DNA of 64,000 bases from Hydrolagus colliei (lineage: Eukaryota): positions 13,082,001-13,146,000 of the forward strand of contig CM068754.1 in assembly GCA_035084275.1 (NCBI GenBank), written 5' to 3'. A program made the translations under genes and the position numbers. Of this stretch, positions 53,233-64,000 are shown one piece after another. Positions within the stretch are counted from its first letter, which is position 1. Every line of letters starts with the position of its first letter. The notes under the pieces are model-generated. The model worked only from the letters and a program-made list of their open reading frames with translations, did not search any database and was not told the DNA's origin.

Positions 53233-53538
53233 GGACTCAGTGGTTAGAGCACTCAAACTTGCAAGCGAGAGACCTGGGTTTGATTCCCAGCAGGGCGAAA
53301 CCTTGGACAAGTTACTCCACATGTCTGATATAATCCCTAAGAAAAACCCCAAACAATAATAGATTGGTCAGTTCAATCCACACTTGATTGTGGGACACTG
53401 ATGTGCACAATTGGCTGCCACGTTTTGCCCACAAATCAGTCAATTCACTTAACAGTCGATTCTGTGAAGCACTTTGAGATGTCTAGATTAGAAGACGTGA
53501 AAAGCGCTAAATCAAATGCAAGGATTATTATTATTATT
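53233..53538 (+). mobile_element. Full-length tRNA-derived Deu-domain SINE (SINE2-1_CM-like)
   Basis: A box ctcagtggttagagc, B box ggtttgattcc, Deu core, L2-like tail and (att)n. Confidence 0.92.
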
Positions 53539-53819
53539 TAAATTCTATATTTTTAGCCAGCTCCACTCGATGCAATATCCACAAGAAGATTAATGTTTAA
53601 ATGAGCTTTTTCCTCTTTTTCCCATTTATATGCAAATAACTCGTCTACTGGCCAGTGAATAAGGGCACTCCTCCGTGTCGCACGAGATATAGATCAGAAT
53701 GGTTCTCGATTTGTTGGCCTGCTGGAATTGCTTTTGTACTGTTGTCCAATGATTTGACTTGGTTCATTCCATGTAAGAGATATGCATGGATGGATGTCCA
53801 TGAGCCAGAATGAATTAAA

Positions 53820-54058
53820 AACAAATCAGACAGGATTCTGGCTGCTATTTACAATACAGTGACCCCTGCTGGAATGTGTATGTGTGTGTGTAGATGGAGG
53901 ATCAGGCTGTGAGCTCCCCACTTATGGTTGGTTAGTCTTAATAACTGTGCTCACGCATGAATTGTAGCCACTTTGGAGAGAGGTGGAGGAGGTTCAACAT
54001 TCATGAGATATTACTCCAATGGGAGTCAGTGCCTCCAGGTGAAATATTGGGAAGAAAA
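53820..54058 (+). mobile_element. Old SINE-like interspersed repeat (same family as 11480-11730)
   Basis: cagtgacccctgctggaatgtg...ggctgtgagctcccc...gccactttggagagagg...gagtcagtgcctccagg. Confidence 0.6.
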
Positions 54059-54539
54059 TAGGCAACGACACAAAATCACATTACAGTTCTCTTGTAGTTG
54101 GATTAAAATATTTTTCTCCTGACAGTCATCATGATTAAACAGGGGTTGACAGAACAGAGTTCATTTGCTTCTATTTGGTGCTCTGGTTTGCAAGGTAACA
54201 TGTCCACAACCTCCCTGTGGGTTCTGAGGTAAAATGAAAAGTGGCATTCGATAGTCCGCGAGAGAGTGCCAATTCAAATGGAAAATGTGAGGTTACCTAA
54301 AGTGGGCAGTTGGAGAGCATCCGGAAAATTGTATATTTGGCTGGATTCAGGTTATTATAAATTCTGGTTGGTTGCTTCGATTGCACATTCATGCAGAGCG
54401 AAACCCACCACTGTGTTTCTGACCAAAACATGTTCGCTCCAGAGAGACTACATCGGTTGTGTTTAGAAATAACAATGTCTGAGGCACTGGCGGCTTATTT
54501 GGGTATCATTATTTTCCAGAATTCCTGAGGTGTTTGAAG

Positions 54540-54652
54540 CATGAGATGTGGTGCTGAATGATTCTTTTTTTCTGTGATTGGTTTGTCTAGACCAGTGGAT
54601 GGGCTGAATGGACTCCTTCCACACTGCAATATCTCCACTATCTTATGATTCT
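54540..54652 (+). mobile_element. CR1 3' tail remnant
   Basis: gatgggctgaatggactccttcc...cttatgattct. Confidence 0.65.
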
Positions 54653-56204
54653 GCAGGAATACATCTCTCCCTAAGATCTGCCGATATTGCAAACATGCCT
54701 CTTTGTGATAAATATGGAAAATGTACTCTAAAGTGATCATCACTCTGTTGTGAAGGATATTGCCGGGCGCTTCAGTACGCCAACTCAGCTTGCAAGAGGT
54801 CAAAACACTGTAAAAGGTTGTAAGGAAGATACTGAAGTAATTAATTTACACTAAAACATTATTCTTTTGAGAAAATGGAAACTATAATTGATGCTTTTAA
54901 AAATGACCCGCTTAATCAATAGAGCACCTTTCAGAGTCTATTCCCATACATAACCCGCAAACAGCAATTTTTTTGAAGATAAAAAATGGATTATTTTGGA
55001 CAACTATCTTTCTGAAAAGGTTAAAAAAATCAATGGTGAAATAAAGCTTTCAAATCTTCCAAGCTGCCTATGCACTATAAGTCAGCATGGTTAATTTTTC
55101 ACATTTCACCCTGTTTAAAGTCTCTCCACAGATAGAAACTGAATATAATTTCACAAAGTAAATTTCCGTAATTCAATATTAGTTGCAGTTTTACATTTCA
55201 GTCTATCTTTGGCTCCTTTCTCAAACTTCAAGTCATTGAAGACATCTGCTATTAAGTTACGTGTCCCTCACACAGGATGAACCAAGTGTTTGAGATCTCG
55301 CAGAGTTTACTTCAAATTGACATAGATTGAATAATTTTTAAATGGTTTGCCAAAGATTAACTTTTTTGAACAAAGTTACTCCCTACCCTAGCTTGGGCGC
55401 CCAGTTAGTCTCATTAAGTGTTTATAAATGTATTTCCCGACAGAAAAGGTGTGAAATGTGTAAAAGATATGTGTAAATGTAAATTGACATGGTATAGTAT
55501 GGACTTTATTGTTGCTAAACAATCATATACACAAAATGTTGTAGAAACTGATCATGCAGAGCAGGCTTGCAAATAGGCTTTAGCAAGCCATTCCAATATA
55601 ATCCTATCTATGTCAATTCAATCAAGAGTTTGAACCATAACTGTAGCTTACAGGTACAGTTACATTCAGTTTAATAAACTAAATTGTAGTTTATTACGGT
55701 GCCATCTGTGTCTATTCTTGTCCAATGTGTTCTATTGTAAACATTATTACTCTCTCGTTTTATGAGGCATTGCAAATATATTTCTGGAGGTAGTTTTTTT
55801 TATAAAGCCTTTTGGAATTTGTCCTTTGTTGAGCAACCCAAAGAAAGGATTTCTACTGAGTTCCAGCTCCTTCGATTTTATCACCAGTGCTCATGTGCAA
55901 TACTGTGCAGCCGTGCCAGGATGGTAACATCAAAGCAATGGCACAAGGTCATGATGCAGCAGAAGGACAAATAATTGACTTGCACAGTTGGGAAGGGTGT
56001 GCCAAAGGCATATAAATGAGGAGGTAAGAAATAGTATTGTGTCAATTGAAATGGAAAATTTGGGGAGCAGTTTGGTAATAACTGAGCAATACAAGGTAAT
56101 GTTTCAGAGATATTTTGCATGGATCATCAATAGATAATCATCCTTGGACAATATTACTTCATACTATCCACAACATATTCTATTCATGAACAGTTCACAA
56201 TAAT

Positions 56205-56290
56205 ATTAATGATAATCCTTGCAATTGACACAGTGTCTTTCATGTCTGGAGGACCTTTCAAAGCATTTCATATGTTACACTGTAAAGTGT
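56205..56290 (-). mobile_element. Deu-SINE tail fragment
   Basis: ataatccttgcaattgacacagtgtctttcatgtc...caaagcatttca...actgtaaagtg. Confidence 0.65.
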
Positions 56291-59200
56291 AATATTGTGT
56301 TTGATTAATAGGAAACAGATGGTTTCTCACTTCTGCATGTTATTTGCAAAATAGAAATAGACAAAGATACGAAAGCTAGTTAAAAAGAAAGCGGTTAGCT
56401 TTAAATTAAAGCATTAGGTCATGGACTGGATCATTTACCTTTTATATGACTGTTTTAACCGACAATGAATTTGCATTATTACTAGATGTAAGATAGAATT
56501 TTCTTGTCTCAGTCTTCAACAATCTTACTTGATTTTAATTACATGTACAGAGCACCCAAAAAAAAGATAATGATATACAGAATAGTATTTATTGCCATTG
56601 TGTTTCATCATCCCAATTGTTCCTGGAATCACTGGCTGGTCTGATGAAGGATTGACGAGAAAATCATTAGGTGATACAAGCATATATAGTTTTTACTTTT
56701 TTTTATGCTGGTACTGTTATTATCATTATCTCAAGTGGAGCTTACTTCGCACTGTCAGATGCACAGCATATACCCTTCTCCTCCTCCCCCCACTTCCTAC
56801 CAACAGAGAGAACACATTCTCCAACATAACCAAAATAGCCAGGTTAAAAGCCAGTTTGAAAAAACCCAGCTAATTAATTACAGGGGGGAAACAGCAGGTG
56901 TGATGAGATATTAACATTGCTTGATCACTCACGCTGGGGTTATGGAATTGGCTTGTAAACTGATCGAAGGACTCATTTTTCTCCATTGCAGTATGTATCA
57001 CCAGTGTTCATAAGCTACAGTGTGCATAGAGTCTTGCTAACTACAGCGAGGATCTTGCAAGAAAGCTCCTCATTTTGTTATGAAGCACTCATAAACAGGA
57101 GCTATATCAATGGCTGTTCATAGGTTGTTGTTCTTATTCATCTCCTTATTTTTGCATTCTCTCTGTCCCTCCATGTGCCCCTTAGAGATATTGGATTTAG
57201 TGATCTCTTCCCAACCACCTCCTAATACATGGCCGAGGGTTACTTTTCCTTCACAGATGCTCCAGTGAACGTAAAGTAAAAATAGTCATGCAAGGAATTG
57301 GGTGGACGCACATCCCATCTGGAATCAACACTATCTTTTGAATGTCACCACGATTCATTGTTGCTGATACATATCTCTACGCCCATTGTCAAAATCTTTG
57401 GAGTGCATTAAAAAAAATGCTATGTGTGAAACTTGGCTGCTCGTGCTTGCAAAGTTTATATACTTTATAGGCATGTGATGAATTATAGTTTGAACCTTCT
57501 CATATGACAGGAGTCAAGTGCTGACAGTACACTGCGTAATAAAATGTAGAAGAGGGAATTCCCTGCTGAAATCTCCTTAAATCTACTGATGGCACTTGGA
57601 ATGATACAGTGTTGGTATAACTTGATATTAATAATCTCATATTTAGCATATTAATAATGCATTTTTAAAGGCTTAAATTAACCATTCATTATTTTTACGT
57701 TGCACCTTTTGAATGCTTCTCTGCACCCTCCATCATATTTTGATTATTCCTCTCCTTTTCCTAGGTTGATTCTACAATATGCATTGTTCCATGGGTGAAC
57801 AATCTGCTTTATTTGACTCTCAGGAGGATTGCAGTCCAAGGCTCCATTTTCGTGTCTCTTTCACCTCTTTTCACCTTTCACTCATAAAATTTCTATATCC
57901 TGCCCCGTTTGACAACCTTCGGATCATAAACAGTTTGGTCAGTGACATGGCGGTACCTTTGCCCCAATTTATCTAAGCCTTTACCACACTTAATGAGAAA
58001 ACACACACACCTGTCTATCCACTTGCCTGTCGGTCACTAGGTTTGTAACATTATATATTTTGTATTAAAATAACCTTTTAGAGGTAATTGTAAGCTGGTT
58101 TCAGACAGTTGGCTTTTTGTACCCAGAACAAAAATATTGCAATATTGTATTACAGCTAATCTAACTATTCTGGCCCATAATTATTTACCATGAGGCTTGG
58201 TTGTCTGACTGGTAATATTTACAGATTTAATGCAGAAACCTTGAATTTGGTTTTGAGATTGTGTGCTGTCTGTTGTGAAACAAAAAGGGAGAAAATTGAA
58301 ATACTCATTGTACAAAACATGAAATTTTAAGAAATGATTTACTGAGTATCAGTCACCTGCCAAACCCTTCAGTCAAATAATCTCCCAAAGGGCAACTATG
58401 ATATTGAGAAGAGTTCACGACAAGAACAAACAGGTAGTTGGCTGGGATCTTTTGTTATGGCATTACTGATATGTATCACCTGGACAGTCAATGAATTAAC
58501 CTTAAAACCGAGTCATTAATTCAGAATGGTTCATGAGGAAGATGTATGAAGTCATTGGCTGCTGTTGTGGCAAAGAACTCATGTTTTGCCCTTTGCTTTG
58601 GGAGGTTAAAAATAAACAGAAAGTGTGATTGACTTTCTTGAGTAACATTACAGTGACCCGGGGTGGTGCGGGGTGGGGAGAACATACTTTGACATCTGCT
58701 TACTGGTTGACCGATAGCTGTAAGGTTCCAAAACGTAACATTATAGCACAGAAGAACAGCGCTCTTCTCACCTTTATTGACTCAGTGAGGCAACATCTGG
58801 AACTGGTAAATAGCAATACTTCAAATCCACAATTAACTCTCTATACCGGTCGTATAAGTGCCTGCTGAATCTAATTCAATGGTTGAAGTCATTGAAAAGA
58901 ATTCCCTATCTGTGAATCGCTCTGAACCTGCGACTTCTCATGATTCCCAGCGCCTTGTCATCCAGAAACTATGGAGCGCAAAATATTAGGGGTAAATCTG
59001 CGACTTTCTATAATAGATTTGTTGATGTACTAATGATCACAACAAATGTTTTATGAAGAGAGAGAATTTCAGTCGATTCTGATCGATTGGTTTCAGGCCT
59101 GAAACCTCCTGCAGCTTTAGTACAATAGCTTACTCTGAAAGAGCTTTGAAATTTTCATCTGCTGCTTTGTTGAGGGCTGTGAGGCAGTGAATGCTTCCTT

Positions 59201-59484
59201 TTAGGTCCAGGAATTTAATTCCTGCTTCTCAGAATACTAGTCGAGTGAAGCTTGTTTCCTACTTTTAGAAAAATTAATTCCACCATTGGCAACGACTGAC
59301 TTTGTTAAAATAGTGGCTTTGTTACAACGCAGTTGCTTACCAGTTTCAAATAATTATTTTTAGTACCTTTTTCCATTCAGTTTCATGAGACTTTGACACA
59401 GAACTTATTTTCTCTCTTCCTATGTAATTGTCTCCAACACTCACCTCAAGTAATGATACAGTCAGACTTCAGAAAAGGAGTGAT

Positions 59485-59906
59485 AACAACAACAACTTGT
59501 ATTTATATAGCGCTCTACACACCAGGCAGCATCTCAGAGCACTTCACAAAGCAGATCCTGGGGCTGAGCCAGGGTGAGGGGGAAAATGGTGACCAAAAGC
59601 AAGGTCAAAAAGAAGAGTCTTCAGGTGCAATCTGAAAATAGGAAAGGAGGGGACAAGGTGGAGGGAGGGAGGGAAGGAGGGAGCTCCAGAGCCTCATGGT
59701 GAGGTGGTTGAAGGCACTGCCACCGATACTGGAAAGGAGGATTTGGGGGACAAGTAGGAGCCCAGACCCAGTAGAGCGAAGGCAACGGGTGCTGTTGTGA
59801 AGAGAAAGGAGGTCAGAGAGGTAGGGGGTGCAGAGGAGTGGAGGGATTTGAACACAAGATTGAGGATCTTGAAATCGATCTACTCTAAGACAGGGAGCCA
59901 ATGAAG
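59485..59906 (-). mobile_element. L2 LINE 3' fragment (family B)
   Basis: PYLSDLLSLHNSTRCLRSTGSGLLLVPQ...IGGSAF; the tail is like 49893-49960. Confidence 0.93.
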
Positions 59907-60067
59907 TTTTTGACAAGTACAGTACTGGGGTAATCTAGGAGCAAAGTTTGGTTTGGGTGGGAATGCGGGTGATAAACCTTCTACAAACATGTTGTAAAAT
60001 GAACAGGTGAGATGTACGTTTCAAACAAAAAGCAAACATGTCTCCCTTAAAGCATGAACTTATCTAT

Positions 60068-60350
60068 CCTCTGGATGAGATATTAAACCAGGATCCCATT
60101 TGCCATCTTGTAGATGTTGAGGATCCCACTGAACTATTTGAATAAAGAAGGGACTTTGACATGATGTCTTGGCTGAACAATCCTATGGATGAAATTGATC
60201 CTTAATGCCTGTTTGTGGGACATAGTTGTGCATAAATTTGCTGCTGCTTTTGCCTTCAAAATATATAGACACTACACTTTCCAGTAGATCCTGTAAAGTG
60301 TTTTCAAACAATGCCCTGAAGTGAAAGGCATTATATCAAATGCAAGTATC
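60068..60350 (+). mobile_element. SacSINE1-like Deu-domain SINE, 5'-truncated
   Basis: ggatgagatattaaacc...gatcccactgaactatttgaa...tgtttgtgggacatagttgtgcataaatttgctgc...gtgaaaggcattatatcaaatgcaag. Confidence 0.8.
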
Positions 60351-61004
60351 ATTTTCTTGTTATTTTATTGTACCAAACAGTTGGAAATGCAATATTCTTT
60401 TGTAAACAATGATGAAAAAGAGCACCTCAGGTGGTAACTTTGCAATTTGCATTTACCTGTGTCCCAGTATGAAAAAAATGCCAGAGTAAAGCTCATCAAA
60501 CAGAACAGAACAGAATGTTGGTAGACATACTCAGCACAATGCAAAATGTAATAACAAACACAATGGATATACATTGAAGGATTCCAGAGAACAATTTTAA
60601 AATACAAATTTTTTTCCTAGTGTTATTACTGCTATTTGCATAATCATGTTTAAAGCAGGACTTGTTTGTAATAAACATAGTCCAAATGCCTGTTGTGCTA
60701 TACCATTAATATCATTCCCACAGTTAAATTTCAGTTTGGTTTATATTCTCAGTAGGAAACAATGGTTGTTCCAATGAAGGCGATGAATTCCCTTCAGCTG
60801 AAGTCACTGCAAAAATTTTATATTTCCAGCTTCTAGCTGCAGGCTTGCTTCTATATTATAAGCACCTTTCACGGATTATTAGCCAACATATGGACGGTAA
60901 ACCCAAATGCTAGGTTTTATGGATTTTATTTTTATTCTGGTGACCTTTTCCACTGAACTTATATTTTTAACCTATACATTGATACTGTTTCATTTGTGAA
61001 TTGC

Positions 61005-61200
61005 CATTCCTTCCTTTCTCTCCTGAAGGCATTTAAGTCCCTTCCTTTATTGAGTTCTGGTTCCTGGGGAGCCAGGCACCCCCAAGTGCCACGATATTCA
61101 ATCACACAGTTGGGATTCCAGCTTGTTTCAAATTCACAGATAAATTCCTTTAATTGGGAGGTTCACAAAAAAGCTGCTGATGAATAACAAACAACCTTCA
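61005..61200 (-). mobile_element. Decayed copy of the 11480/53820 SINE-like family (3' part)
   Basis: The reverse strand reads tggcacttggggg...caggaacc...tgccttcaggagagaaaggaagg. Confidence 0.4.
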
Positions 61201-61984
61201 GCCAATCTGGTTTCACTTTCTTGAATACTCACCTCACCATATCCCAGCAAACTGTCTTATTTTCCACCCTACTCTCTTTGTGAGATTGTAATCAAAAACG
61301 CTTTGCCAAACTGATTAAATTCATTTTAAGTTATTTATCCTCCTGTGCTGCATCCAGTTTATTTTAGTCCCCTTACCAAGTTTCTGTAACTGTTGCCTGC
61401 TGCCCTCTAACCCTTCCAAGGGTGTTCCTTTTATTTACTGCAAGATTCCACGCTTTATATTCATTTAATAATGTGTCTGTGCTTCCTGGGTTAGATAATT
61501 TATTCACTATTCCCTATTTAGATTTTTCTTCAAACTCTGTCTCTAGGGCCTTCGAGCTCAATTCAAAATTTTGGTTTTCAGCAAAGATAAGTCTGAAAAG
61601 ATTAGCTCAACTCTGTTAACCATGATTGACGTCACGATGCTGTGAGTCAATCCTTCAATCAACACTACTTGTCCTTCAACCTTTAGCAGCACCAGAATAG
61701 AAAACTGCCCTAACCGTTAACCTTATTTCAAGGATCATAGATAGCTTCATATAACTGCAAATACACTGGAAGACATGTCTGTGTAGGTGTAACCCCTTCA
61801 GTACAATTATAACTGGATGGCAGATGGTCAATTTTCCACACATCCCACGTGGAAGTCTCAGAGATAGATTGTTGGAATGGAATGCCCATCTCTCCCTGAA
61901 TTTGTATTAGGTGCGAGTTGTTGGCAAGAGATAACAAAACTGGCAGACTTAGAGCACTGAGCTGTCACTGATTGAGAAGCAAAA

Positions 61985-62291
61985 AATAATAATATAATAA
62001 TTGAATTTGATGTAGCGCTTTTCACATCTTCTAGACATCTCAAAGTGCTTTACAGAATATACTGTAAAGTGAATTGACTGAATATATGGGCGCAAAATGT
62101 GGCAGCCAATTGCACTCAGCAGTGTCCCACAAACAGTGGTGGATTGAAGTGACCAATTATTTTTTTTTGAGAGATTATTATTAGCCATGTGGTGTGGTGT
62201 AAGGAAACATGCCCAAGATTTTGCCCTGCCTGGAATTGAATGCAGATCTCTTACTTGTAAGGCGAGTGCTCTAACTACTGAGATGCAGGAC
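61985..62291 (-). mobile_element. Full-length tRNA-derived Deu-domain SINE (SINE2-1_CM-like)
   Basis: Reverse complement of the 15430 element: head aaggcgagtgctctaactactgagatgcaggac, Deu core and tail. Confidence 0.92.
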
Positions 62292-64000
62292 TCCTCCTAA
62301 TAGTTGTAAATGCCCTTCAACCAAACTGCTGACAGCTAAGATTTCTGGCCCATCATTCTCCCTAATTGTAATCTTCTTGGATATATTTACAGAAGGATTA
62401 CTTTAATGTTGCAAAGCCCAATCATTCTTATGAAAACTAATATAAAATGTTAATGCTGAAAAAGTAAAGAAATTGAGGTCTTTTTACTGCTGGAATCCTG
62501 TTCTAAATCCAGCTAAGGTTTACAAGACTATAGCGTTAACCTCTTGTAAAGGTATCATACATTGGATCAGTCTTAACCCAATTGCTAGTTGGTGCATGTC
62601 ACTAGCACAAAAGAGCACAAAATTAATATTATCACACAGAGAGTTTCAAATGTTGGTACAAAACAACCATTCATCGCACTATGTTTTCTGAAATGGTACA
62701 ATAAAAAAAAATCAGCATAGCAACACAGAACTCAAATGAGTAGGAAGAGCAGCTTCTTGATAGATGAGAGAATAGCCAGTAGGCTCAGCAGGTCTCGTCT
62801 GTGGCAGTTTGAACATAAATAAGAAAGACAATCAAAGATAATGCGATTAATACATTTACAGATTTTCTCCCAAAAAGCAATTGGATGGTTGACACTTAAA
62901 ATACATGGGTATAGAATATGTTGACATTGGATATAAAAGTGAAACGTGTTTGTTTCCAGCAATGACATCCCATAGCAAGCAAAGCATATACAGATTTTGG
63001 TATTATCTGACGTCTAAGCATGAAGAAAGTTGTCTTCGGTAATCAGATCCAATTTTGCTTTAAACATACATAATCCTAACATCTTAAATTGAAATACCAT
63101 TCTTTTCATTTCTCAGAATTTATCAAGCGTTGTAAATATTTTGCTGATTCAACTAATATATGTGCCCAAGTCAGTGCTAGAAGTCTCCACAGTACCAGCT
63201 GTCAGATGTCTGATTGACGTTTCAATTTGAAATATTCCACATTGAATTTTAACAACATACAAATCTGAAGGCAAGATTTTTCAGAAACATATTCTATTCA
63301 TATAGCTTGCCACATGCCTTTTACAACATTGCTTTCTATGAATTGCATTCCTCATTCTCAATCCTCTTTTCTTCACTGGCAGACATCCATCCACATCTTG
63401 CCAATAGTAACCAGACACTTGATCAAATCAATAAAATACGATGTCCCTGCATCTATTCCTTTGCTGTATGTGAGCTATATAGCACTCAAGTCATTGCAAT
63501 CATCTATGAACTGGCAGAAGCATTTGTGAGACAGACGTGTGAACATGAAGATTTGAGCTGCAGCTCAGCAGGTCTAATCAGTAGATAACTGCTCTTAATC
63601 TGCCAGGAAAAATAATTTTGACATTCAAAGAGTCAGAATTCTGCTGAATACTCATATTGGATTATGATACCATATACTGTACTTAGCATCTTGGGCCTTT
63701 TCTACATGCATATTTAACAATCAGCTGTTCAAATGTTTACTCACAGGTATAGGATGACCAAAGTCACAATAACTACCCTATTATCTACATTGTTTTAAGG
63801 ACTTATTAGACATTAATGTTGAATGGCATCTAATGTAACGTCTAATGTAATGGAATTTTGGTTTCCTCTACATATATTATGACATCAAACTTAATTATAC
63901 TTGAGGAAAATACAACTATTGAGAATAATGCAATTAGAATACAATACATAGATTATGTTGAAGTGTGCAATGAAATCTGGTGGTAAATACTGCATTAAAT

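Noticed and set aside
57765-57890. Plus-strand exon after the strong acceptor cctctccttttcctag
   Set aside because: No convincing donor, and the translation is unrecognised.
63100-63530. Penelope/RT relic suggested by a minus-strand FIDD tetrapeptide
   Set aside because: It is a single short motif with no collinear support.
1-64000. The 60-130 aa ORFs of the ORF track as host genes
   Set aside because: Their lengths and composition are as expected by chance. The only ones with recognisable motifs are L2/CR1 fragments or their antisense frames.

Overview
AT-rich, CpG-poor vertebrate genomic DNA with no recognisable protein-coding gene, rRNA, true tRNA or CRISPR array. It reads as a large intron or gene desert. 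The repeat landscape points to a cartilaginous fish, most likely a chimaera such as Callorhinchus; this is inferred from recalled repeat consensus sequences, not a database search. That landscape comprises many 5'-truncated L2 LINE ends with (TTG)n tails from two families, CR1 ends with ATTCTATG-type tails, and tRNA-headed Deu-domain SINEs with L2-like tails. The only protein-like ORFs are L2/CR1 fragments. The most notable items are a 440-bp solo LTR with an exact 5-bp target-site duplication, a young L2 nested inside a SINE, an LF-SINE-like relic, hairpin relics resembling ancient Eulor-type repeats, candidate conserved non-coding enhancers, and a speculative series of minus-strand exon-like segments. 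I found no convincing evidence of a novel biological system.
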